NCBI GenBank assembly: GCA_032718475.1
Contig: JAUCBJ010005417.1
Coordinates: 1 to 32,450, forward strand
Origin: Nemertoderma westbladi
Lineage: Eukaryota; Animalia; Xenacoelomorpha
DNA length: 32,450 bases
Direction of reading: 5' to 3'
The translations under genes were made by a program, and so were the position numbers. Below, piece by piece: positions 12,409-21,769 of the stretch; within the stretch, counting starts at the first letter, position 1, and every line of letters begins with the position of its first letter. The notes beneath the pieces were generated by a model. That model did no database searches and was not told the origin of the DNA. It saw only the letters and a program-made list of their open reading frames with translations.

Positions 12409-12932
12409 TGTTAGCTTATTCAATCCCGCTAACACCCCATAAAGTTAAGCCGATAAGCAATATTGGGAGCCACGAGATTGGGTAATTAACCAACTCGTGC
12501 CACCCCAATAAGAATGGGAAGGAAACACACAATGAGGGTCAGGGGCCAAACCCCTAACCCAGAGAGAACAGGTGGAGTGAACGGGAACACTCCAAAGGGC
12601 GCCAACAAGGGTATCAACCAATCAGAGGGGGGAAAGGCATCGATTAGGTAGAGTAACAAGGCCAACCGTGCAATATAGCCACTTGGCAGTAATCATATCA
12701 GTTCAGTTATCTCAGTGCAATATTGGTGCTAGTTTAGGTTAGATAGTTTAGCTAGGGAAGGACCGGGACTTTAGTTACCGTATCCCGCCTTCCGTGTACA
12801 ACAACCTATATCTATATCTTTATACCGATCATTATATACAACGAACAACAGGAACTCATTTACTCTTTACACACGGCGGGGACGCGTGAACTAACACCGG
12901 ATAAACCGGGATCCCTCTTGGATCCCGTCACA
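12409..12932 (+). repeat. 5' LTR
   Basis: TGTTAG...GTCACA. Identical to 24361-24884 by eye except at 12668/24620 and 12780/24732 (G versus A). Confidence 0.97.
12618..12716 (+). promoter_or_regulatory. Putative LTR core promoter
   Basis: CCAATCAG at 12618, TATA-like AATATA at 12672-12677, and initiator-like TCAGT at 12698, 12703 and 12712, starting about 25-30 nt after the TATA-like box. Confidence 0.5.
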
Positions 12933-12996
12933 GTAACTAAATCCAGCTGCCGCCCTAGATAAACTCAGCGACTACCAGCCACCAATCCAGAGATAA
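12933..12996 (+). other. Non-tRNA primer-binding region complementary to LTR 12707-12778
   Basis: There is no TGG for about 160 nt after the LTR. Four collinear blocks are complementary to the LTR's predicted R region. Confidence 0.7.
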
Positions 12997-13001
12997 AGAA
13001 G

Positions 13002-14477
13002 ATGAGTCGGTCAGGCGAGACGACACCGACGCGGACCCCGGACGAAGAGCTAACGATCCGCGAGGCCGCAACCAGGCGATACAGGCCCACGACGCTGGAG
13101 CCATCGGTAACGGGCGAACCGGAGATTCAAGATGAGGGGGGCCGTCTGGAGTCAGAAGTCGAGTCGAGAGGAGGGGGAGTCGAGTCGGAGGATAGAGAGA
13201 ACGAGCTCGAGGGAGAAAGAGACGAGTCGACACGGAACGAGGGTCGACGTGCCGATGTCGCGGGCCAGCCACAGGCCGAGAGCGACGAACGGCCCACCGA
13301 GACGGCGACGGTGGGGCCGACGGTACGACGTCGGACCCGGAGAGACGACGGAGATGTCGATACCGATGTCGCCGGCCAGGCACAGGCCGAGGGCGACGGA
13401 CGGCCCACCGGAACGGCGATGGTGGGGCCGCCGGTACGACGTCGAACCCGGAGAGAGGGACGAGAGGTCGGCGACGAGGACGTCGGGGTCTCCGATCGAC
13501 TCCGACGGGCCTACAACGCGACCCGGAGATTACTAGAGGAGGCCAGAAAGGGGAAAACGATAGACGAGGTAAAACTAAAGTCAGGACTAGGTAAGTCGGA
13601 CAGACATTTATACTATCTAATGCGCTTCGGGCAGAGAGAATTGGCCGAGGAGAGAGCAAAAGGGGTTGCCAGCGAACTGTTTGGACTATGGGAATGTGGG
13701 AGTATGGAACCTAGCGTAGCGTCAGTGTACATAGGGCCATACTTGGTCGATGCCCGGGGAGTAAAATTAGTGGGTTGGAGGGGACCTGAAGGGGGCGAAT
13801 CCGAGGTTAACCCCGAGGATTCGGCCTCGTCGGTCGGAGGAAGTTCCGGGAAGCAGGGGAAAGTTAGTAGATCGGGAAGGCGGAGGGAGTCCGTCGTAAC
13901 CGATAAGTCTGCTACATCCTCCGCGAAAGAAATACTGGTGAGAGAGGCAGGTGCCGCGTACCGTCTCAACCTGATAGAGCAAGGTCAGAGGGAAATGGAT
14001 AAACGGCTAGAGGAGGGGAGAATGCGGCTAGAGAGGGAAGCGGCATTGATTAGAGAAACCGGAGAGAGGGCCGAAAGGGCTTTGAGAGGCCTTAGGGAGT
14101 GTGAGGAAATAGAGGAAAAGGAGTGTAGGGAGCGTGAGGCGAGAGAGGAAAGGGAACGCAAGGAGCGTGAGGCAAGGGAGGAAAGGGAACGCAAAGAGCG
14201 TGAGGCGGAACGCAAGGAGCATGAGGCGAGAGAGGAAAAGGAACGCAAGGAGCATGAGGCGAGACGGGAAAGTGAACGCAAGGAGCGTGAAGCGAGGCGA
14301 AGGGAGAGCGCTAGGAGAGTAGCAGAGTTGGCTGAGCGGGACGCGCGGGAGTGTGAGAGGAGAATGGTAGAAGCTGAGCGAGAGCATAAGGAATTAAAGA
14401 GACGCCAAAGTGAGCTTGCGGAACATAGGATTAGACGCGCGCACGAGCTGCAACTGGTGCGGGCGGGGGCGTCCTGA
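13002..14477 (+). CDS. N-terminal segment of the element's gag-pol (491 aa; charged repeats and coiled coil)
   Basis: First ATG after the LTR. Contains a 2 x 111-bp repeat (13252 and 13363), a short globular-looking stretch, and EREAREERERK 33-bp repeats. Confidence 0.7.
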   Translation: MSRSGETTPTRTPDEELTIREAATRRYRPTTLEPSVTGEPEIQDEGGRLESEVESRGGGVESEDRENELEGERDESTRNEGRRADVAGQPQAESDERPTETATVGPTVRRRTRRDDGDVDTDVAGQAQAEGDGRPTGTAMVGPPVRRRTRREGREVGDEDVGVSDRLRRAYNATRRLLEEARKGKTIDEVKLKSGLGKSDRHLYYLMRFGQRELAEERAKGVASELFGLWECGSMEPSVASVYIGPYLVDARGVKLVGWRGPEGGESEVNPEDSASSVGGSSGKQGKVSRSGRRRESVVTDKSATSSAKEILVREAGAAYRLNLIEQGQREMDKRLEEGRMRLEREAALIRETGERAERALRGLRECEEIEEKECREREAREERERKEREAREERERKEREAERKEHEAREEKERKEHEARRESERKEREARRRESARRVAELAERDARECERRMVEAEREHKELKRRQSELAEHRIRRAHELQLVRAGAS

Positions 14478-16341
14478 GAGCGGGACTGGCTCGAGTATTT
14501 TAGGGGAGCCAGGGGCCGTGGATACATTTATTAATACCCCACTCACAGGGACCGCACGACAGACCCAAAACTGGTGTGACCGTACGGGCGGGGGGGGGGG
14601 GGGGGGGGGGGGGGGTAATAACGATAATGCTACAGTAGGCGTGGTTAATATTAATAGTACCGTATGGGATAATTCTAATCAAACCTTTATTGCAGGAAAT
14701 ACTTTGCCTAGTGATAGTAATTTAAATTTAAATCAGAACAATCCTAGTATTAACGTAGAAAATGATTCTAATATTAATGTAGCTACACAAAATAATCCAA
14801 ATAATCAAAATAATAACCCAAATTCGAACCTACAAAATAATTTAAGTAACGCAATTACACAAAATAATCCAAATAACTTAAATAGTGATCCGAGCCCGAA
14901 TTTACAAAATAATTCAGATAGTGTAGTCGCGCAAAGTAATTCAAATGATTTTGTTTCGAACGAACAAATTGATTCCGTTTCCAATATGGGTGCTATTAAC
15001 GTAAACACGTCGGGCGTGTATGGCCAGACAGACGGGGGCCTGGTAGGCCACGCAGTTGGTGGGCCGGGAGTGGCTGGGTTAGGTAGACCCGGCGAGGGCC
15101 TGGTAGGCCACGCAGTTGGTAGGCAGGGAGTAGAGGGCCTGGTAGGCCTCGTAGTTGGTAGACCCGGAGCAGAGGGCCTGGGAGGCCACGTAGTTGGTAG
15201 GCAGGGAGCAGAGGGCCTGGTAGGCCACGCAATAGCAGAGGGAGAGGCGGGGGTGAATAGACCCGACCGCGATAGGGTTGATGTGTCGACTAGAGGGGGA
15301 TATAGTAGCGTAGTGAGGGATAGCGAAGTTGGATGTGGCGAGTGGGGGGGGGGGGGGGGGGGGGGGGGCTACGAGGGGCCCCACAACAGCGAGTCAGCGG
15401 CGAAAGGGGGGGGGGGGGCAGAGAGTGTCCCACAGCCGTCAGCGGATAATGCGCGGGCCGAAATAGGTAAACCGCAACACCCGGCGACGGAGAGTAATAG
15501 GGGGATTGCGAGTATCCCCAGCGGCGTGCGACCGAGTAGAGAGAGACAGGTTGACGTCGTGAGAGGGCGGACGAAGCGTCGAGCCCGATCAGAAGAGGGA
15601 AGAAGAACAGTGGGATTTAACCGGGAGGTCGACGAGAGATCTCACGAGCGGGAATACTCCACTGAAAGGAGAAGAAGAGAAGACAGTAGTAGAAGTATCG
15701 CCGCGAACGATAGAAGAGCGAGGACGGATAGCGAGCCGTCGGTAGTCGAGATGAGAACAGAGAGTCAGTGGGGTCGGACTCCGGGAGATTGCCGTCGCCC
15801 CGGAGAGATGCGACCCGGCGAGGCGCACTACGCGCCGAGAGAGGGGTACGCGATGTACCGGTACGAAGATGAGAACAGTAGAGAGGGGGGTCGAAGAGAA
15901 ACTTTCCGACGGAATATACCTACCGATCGAGAATACGGTAGCCGCGGGGAGGACTATTCGAGAAGAATAAACTTCGATCCCGAGCGACACATGCAGACTG
16001 TAGGACATACTGTAGGCCTTACTGCACATACCATAGGCCATACTGAGAGAGGCAATGTAGGCGATAGGATAGCGTGGACAACGGGATTAAACCCGGAAGT
16101 CGCGGAATACATACCGGCGAGTAGGCCAGAAGCTGATAGGCCTATACCGGTACCAGTACAGCAGTATGACTACAGCATGCAGGGACATAACATATACCCA
16201 GGGGAGGGGGGAATTATTGCGGATAGGTGTATGGGCCCCAATATATTAACATCAACCCCAGTACCAAACATACCGGTGGGGGGGGGGGGGGGGGACAGGG
16301 TGACATTCCCCCATCACAATATCAACAATATACCCCGATAG
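14410..16341 (+). CDS. Middle low-complexity segment of gag-pol (Asn-rich, Gly-rich and Arg/Glu-rich)
   Basis: The only open frame between the flanking ORFs, shifted +1 relative to both. Both overlaps contain G runs. Includes 39-bp repeats (EGLVGHAVGRQGA). Confidence 0.65.
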   Translation: MSLRNIGLDARTSCNWCGRGRPESGTGSSILGEPGAVDTFINTPLTGTARQTQNWCDRTGGGGGGGGGGNNDNATVGVVNINSTVWDNSNQTFIAGNTLPSDSNLNLNQNNPSINVENDSNINVATQNNPNNQNNNPNSNLQNNLSNAITQNNPNNLNSDPSPNLQNNSDSVVAQSNSNDFVSNEQIDSVSNMGAINVNTSGVYGQTDGGLVGHAVGGPGVAGLGRPGEGLVGHAVGRQGVEGLVGLVVGRPGAEGLGGHVVGRQGAEGLVGHAIAEGEAGVNRPDRDRVDVSTRGGYSSVVRDSEVGCGEWGGGGGGGGYEGPHNSESAAKGGGGAESVPQPSADNARAEIGKPQHPATESNRGIASIPSGVRPSRERQVDVVRGRTKRRARSEEGRRTVGFNREVDERSHEREYSTERRRREDSSRSIAANDRRARTDSEPSVVEMRTESQWGRTPGDCRRPGEMRPGEAHYAPREGYAMYRYEDENSREGGRRETFRRNIPTDREYGSRGEDYSRRINFDPERHMQTVGHTVGLTAHTIGHTERGNVGDRIAWTTGLNPEVAEYIPASRPEADRPIPVPVQQYDYSMQGHNIYPGEGGIIADRCMGPNILTSTPVPNIPVGGGGGDRVTFPHHNINNIPR

Positions 16342-19300
16342 GAGCAAGAACAACGAGACCCTTGGATGAGAATAGGTCGTGTGACACAGAAATATGGAGG
16401 GGGCCGCTACCCCCGATGACATACCCAAGTCAAAGAAAGTCAAGAAATAGGACGGACGAACCGCACCAGACAGGAGAAACTATGCAGCACCCATCGAATC
16501 CATTGGAAGCGCAGGCGATGGGGATGGCCACGTTGATCGATGCGTTGAAAACGAGGATCGAGTTACCACCCGTGGAACCATTCAAATTCGATGGGAGTAG
16601 GCCGGAAGAATATTTACAGTTTCGGCGCATGTATAGTAACGAAATACTAACAAAGAACTTGACGCAGGCGGAGTGCCTAAAGTATCTGCAAGTATACACG
16701 GGAGGCCCAGCATACGATATCGTGAGGCAATATCAAGGAATAGAGGGCGGCTTCACGACAGCATGGCGGGCACTGGACAGGGAATACGGGCACCCGGCCA
16801 AGATCATCAGACAGACACTGAGGGGCATAACATCGGGTGGCCTACAGGATAATCCCGTTAGCATTAAGACATTTGCTAACAAAGTTGAAAAGGCGCTAAT
16901 CGTGCTGAAGACGCTAGACGCGCCATACGAGCTCAACGCGTCCAACAACATCACAACGATAGCGCAGGCACTACCGAACTGGCTGCGCAACAAGTGGAGG
17001 AAAATCGCTTTCTCCACTCGAGATAGGAAGGGTGCGGAACCGGGTTTAGAAGAAATGTCAAGCTTCTTAAACTACGAGGCTGAACTAATAACTGACCCAG
17101 TCTATAGCGAAGATAGCCTGGGAAAGGGACCGAAGACGGATTACCATAGACCGAAGCCAGAGCACAATACATCAAACGCATTACCGAGGCTCAGGCAATC
17201 ATTGCCATATGCAGCGACGCAGGGGACTGCAAGTCCACAGCTAGCCGAAGATGAGATCACACCATGGAACGGACAGGGGAACAATAACAACACGAATAAA
17301 TATAACCCCAGTACGTCCAGTAGGCCGAATCCAAACAATAAGAATAGTAGGGACTTTGGTACAAACGCAACTGCGATACGCAATGCGCTGTATAAGGAGG
17401 GCTACGACCCAAAGAGCAAATGCCAGCTACACGCAAATGCGCTTCATCAAACCATGAACTGCAGGTACTGGCAGGCGCTACCTAGGCAAGATCAGATAGA
17501 TTACGCGTTGAGCAATAAAATCTGCTCACGGTGTGTGATGAGTGGACATAGAGCTAGGGAATGCAAAGAGAAGCCGGTAAAGTTCGGTCAGAGGAGAGGC
17601 CAAACGATGGCAACGAGCACAGTAGGGGCGAAGAAGAGAGGAACGGTGTTACTTGGAGTAGTACCCGTACGAGTGATTGGGGAAGGCAATCGATCAGTAA
17701 CAACACTAATGCTGGTTGACAGTGGAGCTGCCTTCACACTAGTCGAGGAATGGGTGGCCGAAGAGATAGGATTGAGAACGAGGCCAAGCAGAATGGCGGT
17801 AACAACCATCTCTAGCAAAGATGAGATCCTGGAGATGAGAACAGGACGGTGCGCAATTGCAGCAGTGGCACCGGGATGCGACTACGGGGCAACCATCGAC
17901 CCCATCCAAGTGATAGAGTCAATTAATATCAATGCCAGGCGGCCAACCAACATCGAGGTCGAGCAGTATAAATTCCTGGACGACATTGACTTCTCAATCC
18001 CAGACGTGGACGTTAGGAAGGTGTCCATCATAGTAGGTATGGACTGCCCAACGGCCCACGAAAGAATGCAAACGGTCTTCGGCGAAGACAAGCAGAGTGA
18101 CCCGGTGGCCATATTAACACCATTCGGGTGGACGCTGAGTGGTCCAATCAAGAGCAAGATACCATTTAGGATGTCGGAGACATCAGGATGCATGTTCGCG
18201 GGAACAATGCAGGAAATGGGTGACGAGGGAGCAGAGGAGCAGCTCAAAAGACTGCTCAGACAAGATTTCGAGGGACTGAAAGAAACCGGGGTCGGGACCT
18301 CGGTAGAAGACAAGCAGGCTTTACAAAGCGTGGAGGAATCGATGACATGCGATGAGGGGCGGTATACTATAGGAATGGTATGGAAACTACCGAAGATACC
18401 GCTGCCCGACAATAGAGGGATGGTACTCACGAGACTCCGCAAGCTGAAACAAACACTAAAACGGAGCCCCGAGAAGAATGAGTACATCCACAGAACGATT
18501 AAGAAGTACGTCGAGAAGGGATGGGCTGTGGAGTTACCGGTCGACGAGCCGAACACGGACAGGACATATTACCTGCCACTACACGTGGCTTTAGATCCAA
18601 AGAAAGGTAAACTACGGATGGTAGTCGACGCATCGGCAAAGACCGACAGAAAATGCTTAAACGACTACCTGTTAGAAGGCCCAAACATATACAATTCGGG
18701 CATAGAGGTGTTACTTAGATTTAGAAATGGGAAACACGCCTTCACGTGTGACATAGAAGGCATGTTCAACCAAGTCCGTGTAACGAAAGAAGATAGCGAC
18801 AGTCAACGCTTCTTATGGTATAACGGCGAGGAAGAACCGTCGATAATACCGGCATATAAGATGGTAGTACAAAACATGGGGGCCAAGTCGTCTTCATTTA
18901 CGACGACTATGGCAGTGAGAGACACAGTGAAGGGGAAGGAAGATAGATACAGCACTAGGGCCGTCGATATGATTCGACGCGGCTTCTACGTAGACGACGG
19001 AATGGAGTCTGGAAATACGGTTAAGGAGATACTGGACACGGGGCGCGAGGTTCGCGACATTTTAAAAGGATCCGGCTTTAACCTGACCAAATTCCAATCC
19101 AGTTCGGAAGAATTTATCAAGGCGATAGAGGACAAAAGACCAGAATCGACCATGGATAATCCCACAACAGCCAAAGGGCAGGACATGGCGATTAAGAGAA
19201 CAGAATCTCAACAGAAGGCATTGGGAATCGTGTGGGATAGAGAGACAGACGAACTGAAGTATCAGCTGAGCCAAGAGGGCGCAGACATCCACACGAAGAG

Positions 19301-21617
19301 GGGCTATGTATCGTATATAGCAAGGATATACGATCCCCTAGGCCTAGCATCCCCATTATTAGTCACGGGAAAACAGATACTCAAGAGAGTATACAAATTG
19401 AAAGATGAGTGGGACGTAGAGGTACAAGAAGAAATCAAGAAACAGTGGAGTAAGTGGACAGGAGACTTGGAGAAGATGGGAACATACAACATGCCTCGAG
19501 TGTATTTCCCGGATGGGAACATGACGAGTCTGGACCTACACATGTTCTCCGATGCGTCGTTGGAGGCGTACGGAGTGGCACTCTATTTAGTACAACGAGA
19601 GGGGGCTCATAAGCCCAGACTAGCCTTTAGCAAAGCAAAGTCAACGCCGCCAGATTCAGCATCAGTTCCCAAGTTAGAATTGACAGCTGCGAGACTAGGA
19701 GTTAGAGCCACAGCCTACCTAGTGGATACTATTCCCAACATAGTGGAGACACACTACTGGACGGACTCCATGGTAGTGCTTGGTTGGCTACATAACGAAA
19801 GGACGAGATACCCGATATTCGTCGCAAATAGAGTGGACGAAATAAGGGCGACCACAGAACTGGAAAGGTGGCACTACTGCCCAACAGACGAAAACCCAGC
19901 GGACTTGTTGTCGAGGGGCGTGGTACGCCACACTTTCTTGAAGAAGGAAGTATTGTGGCAACATGGGCCACAATTTCTGAGCGATAAGGAGGCCTGGCCG
20001 CCGATGAGAAAGGTGGATCCGGGCTCAGAAGTAGTGTCAGAGGGAGAAGAGGGAGATTCAGAGGGAGAAGAGATATACTCCCAAATGGTGAGGGAGATTA
20101 GGGACGTGCAACCAAGAGGAGAAATGTGCGATGACCCGACGGATAAACTCCTCAGCTACAGTTCTAGTTGGTATAAGACCAAGAAACTAGTGGCGTACTG
20201 GAGAGCCTTCGGGAATTTCCTTGCGGGAGTTGGCAAGGACAAGAAGATCAGAACAACCATAGATCTGGAAGGAGCGGCCAAGGCAGTGATCCGCTATGAA
20301 CAACGGAAGAACTATGGCGACGAGGTGGAACGCGTCGGTAACCAACAGCACCTCCGACGGGACAGCGAGTTGATTACGCTGTCGCCACAACTCAATGACG
20401 ACGGGATTCTAGTAATGAATTCTAGGGTGGGATACAACAACAGCATAGTCGTACCACCGAAACCCATCATCATTCCCACAGGATCGCCAATAGTCCACCA
20501 GATTATCTGGGACTCCCACAAATCGATATTGCATGGGGGCACCAACCGAACCCTCACAGAGATAAGGAGGACCTATTGGGTCAAACAATTGAGGAAGAAG
20601 GTAAAAGCGGTAGTGGGGCAGTGCCAGACCTGCCGACGAGCGAAGAAGGAGCGAGCCGTACAGGAGATGGCGCCACTACCGGCGAGTAGGGTAAGACAGC
20701 ACGACCCGCCATTTACGCATTGCGGTGTGGACATGTTCAGGCCGATAAAGATCAAAGTGATGCGACACACGGAGAAACGCTACGGCATCATCTTCGTATG
20801 CAACAACACACGGGCGGTAGGGATAGAACTCGCCCAAGATGCAACCGCATCAGCATTTATTAATGCCTTAGAAAGGTTTAGAGACCGCAAAGGTGGGACG
20901 ATCGCAGTGATATACAGCGACAATGGCACCATCTTTGTGGGCGCAGAGAGTGAGATGGCAGAGGCCTTGGACATCTTGGAGGGAGAAGAAGTCAGGGCAG
21001 CCATGAGACGACGACAAGTAAAGTGGGAGAGAAGGACGCCGTATGCACCACATACACTAGGATGCGTCGAGAGACTGGTGGGCAGTTCAAAGCGTCTAAT
21101 GACGAAGCTAATGAACACCCACATGGTCACTGAAGACGTCTTACGGACAGTGCTTGCGAAGTGCGAGGGTATCATTAATAGCAGACCGCTATATCCGGAG
21201 AATGATGACCCTGAGTCATTAGACGTGCTGACGCCTAGCCATTTTCTGATGGAGAGGCCAGCGACCATCGATATGCGGGGTGTAGACCCAGATGACATAC
21301 ACTCCCGCCAAAGTTGGAAAGTCGCTAAAGCAATAAGCGCAGAGTATTGGAGGAGGTGGGTCGAGGAATACCTACCCACACTCCATAAAAGAAGCAAGTG
21401 GAGGAAGCCAAATAGGGAGTTAAGAAAGGGAGATCTCGTAATCGTTATGGATGATACTATCATCAACAACCAATGGCGGTTGGCGAGAGTCGGGGGCACT
21501 TACTCCGATGAGGACGGAAGAGTCCGATCGGTAGAAGTGCGGATAGGTGGTAAGATAGGTGCGAAGGACAGAAAAACCTACAGGAGAGCTGTAGGGAAAT
21601 GCTGTCTGCTAGAATGA
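16227..21617 (+). CDS. BEL/Pao Gag-Pol: capsid-like domain, zinc knuckles, aspartic protease, RT, RNase H, integrase and C-terminal domain
   Basis: KFDGSRPEEY (gag); CQLH..H..C and CSRC..H..C; LVDSGA; YYLPLH, RMVVDAS, CDIEGMF, FYVDD; YDPLG, FSDAS, PKLEL, WTDS, NPADLLSRG; H..H..CQTC; GVDMF, SDNGT, VERLV; WRRWVEEYLP..RSKW. Confidence 0.96.
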   Translation: MYGPQYININPSTKHTGGGGGGGQGDIPPSQYQQYTPIGARTTRPLDENRSCDTEIWRGPLPPMTYPSQRKSRNRTDEPHQTGETMQHPSNPLEAQAMGMATLIDALKTRIELPPVEPFKFDGSRPEEYLQFRRMYSNEILTKNLTQAECLKYLQVYTGGPAYDIVRQYQGIEGGFTTAWRALDREYGHPAKIIRQTLRGITSGGLQDNPVSIKTFANKVEKALIVLKTLDAPYELNASNNITTIAQALPNWLRNKWRKIAFSTRDRKGAEPGLEEMSSFLNYEAELITDPVYSEDSLGKGPKTDYHRPKPEHNTSNALPRLRQSLPYAATQGTASPQLAEDEITPWNGQGNNNNTNKYNPSTSSRPNPNNKNSRDFGTNATAIRNALYKEGYDPKSKCQLHANALHQTMNCRYWQALPRQDQIDYALSNKICSRCVMSGHRARECKEKPVKFGQRRGQTMATSTVGAKKRGTVLLGVVPVRVIGEGNRSVTTLMLVDSGAAFTLVEEWVAEEIGLRTRPSRMAVTTISSKDEILEMRTGRCAIAAVAPGCDYGATIDPIQVIESININARRPTNIEVEQYKFLDDIDFSIPDVDVRKVSIIVGMDCPTAHERMQTVFGEDKQSDPVAILTPFGWTLSGPIKSKIPFRMSETSGCMFAGTMQEMGDEGAEEQLKRLLRQDFEGLKETGVGTSVEDKQALQSVEESMTCDEGRYTIGMVWKLPKIPLPDNRGMVLTRLRKLKQTLKRSPEKNEYIHRTIKKYVEKGWAVELPVDEPNTDRTYYLPLHVALDPKKGKLRMVVDASAKTDRKCLNDYLLEGPNIYNSGIEVLLRFRNGKHAFTCDIEGMFNQVRVTKEDSDSQRFLWYNGEEEPSIIPAYKMVVQNMGAKSSSFTTTMAVRDTVKGKEDRYSTRAVDMIRRGFYVDDGMESGNTVKEILDTGREVRDILKGSGFNLTKFQSSSEEFIKAIEDKRPESTMDNPTTAKGQDMAIKRTESQQKALGIVWDRETDELKYQLSQEGADIHTKRGYVSYIARIYDPLGLASPLLVTGKQILKRVYKLKDEWDVEVQEEIKKQWSKWTGDLEKMGTYNMPRVYFPDGNMTSLDLHMFSDASLEAYGVALYLVQREGAHKPRLAFSKAKSTPPDSASVPKLELTAARLGVRATAYLVDTIPNIVETHYWTDSMVVLGWLHNERTRYPIFVANRVDEIRATTELERWHYCPTDENPADLLSRGVVRHTFLKKEVLWQHGPQFLSDKEAWPPMRKVDPGSEVVSEGEEGDSEGEEIYSQMVREIRDVQPRGEMCDDPTDKLLSYSSSWYKTKKLVAYWRAFGNFLAGVGKDKKIRTTIDLEGAAKAVIRYEQRKNYGDEVERVGNQQHLRRDSELITLSPQLNDDGILVMNSRVGYNNSIVVPPKPIIIPTGSPIVHQIIWDSHKSILHGGTNRTLTEIRRTYWVKQLRKKVKAVVGQCQTCRRAKKERAVQEMAPLPASRVRQHDPPFTHCGVDMFRPIKIKVMRHTEKRYGIIFVCNNTRAVGIELAQDATASAFINALERFRDRKGGTIAVIYSDNGTIFVGAESEMAEALDILEGEEVRAAMRRRQVKWERRTPYAPHTLGCVERLVGSSKRLMTKLMNTHMVTEDVLRTVLAKCEGIINSRPLYPENDDPESLDVLTPSHFLMERPATIDMRGVDPDDIHSRQSWKVAKAISAEYWRRWVEEYLPTLHKRSKWRKPNRELRKGDLVIVMDDTIINNQWRLARVGGTYSDEDGRVRSVEVRIGGKIGAKDRKTYRRAVGKCCLLE

Positions 21618-21769
21618 GCACCTTAGTGGAGTTAGAAAAGAGTTTAGTCGTCCAAGATTTGGACTGAGGGGGGTGGGATTGAGGGCGAGACGCCCTTCCC
21701 ACACAAAAAAATAGAAAATAAAAATAAAAATAATAAGTACATAGTAGGTACGCAGTTAGTAGGCAGAAG

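Noticed and set aside
12955-21499. Numerous minus-strand ORFs within the LTR element
   Set aside because: They are shadows of the GC-rich, purine-skewed sense ORFs.
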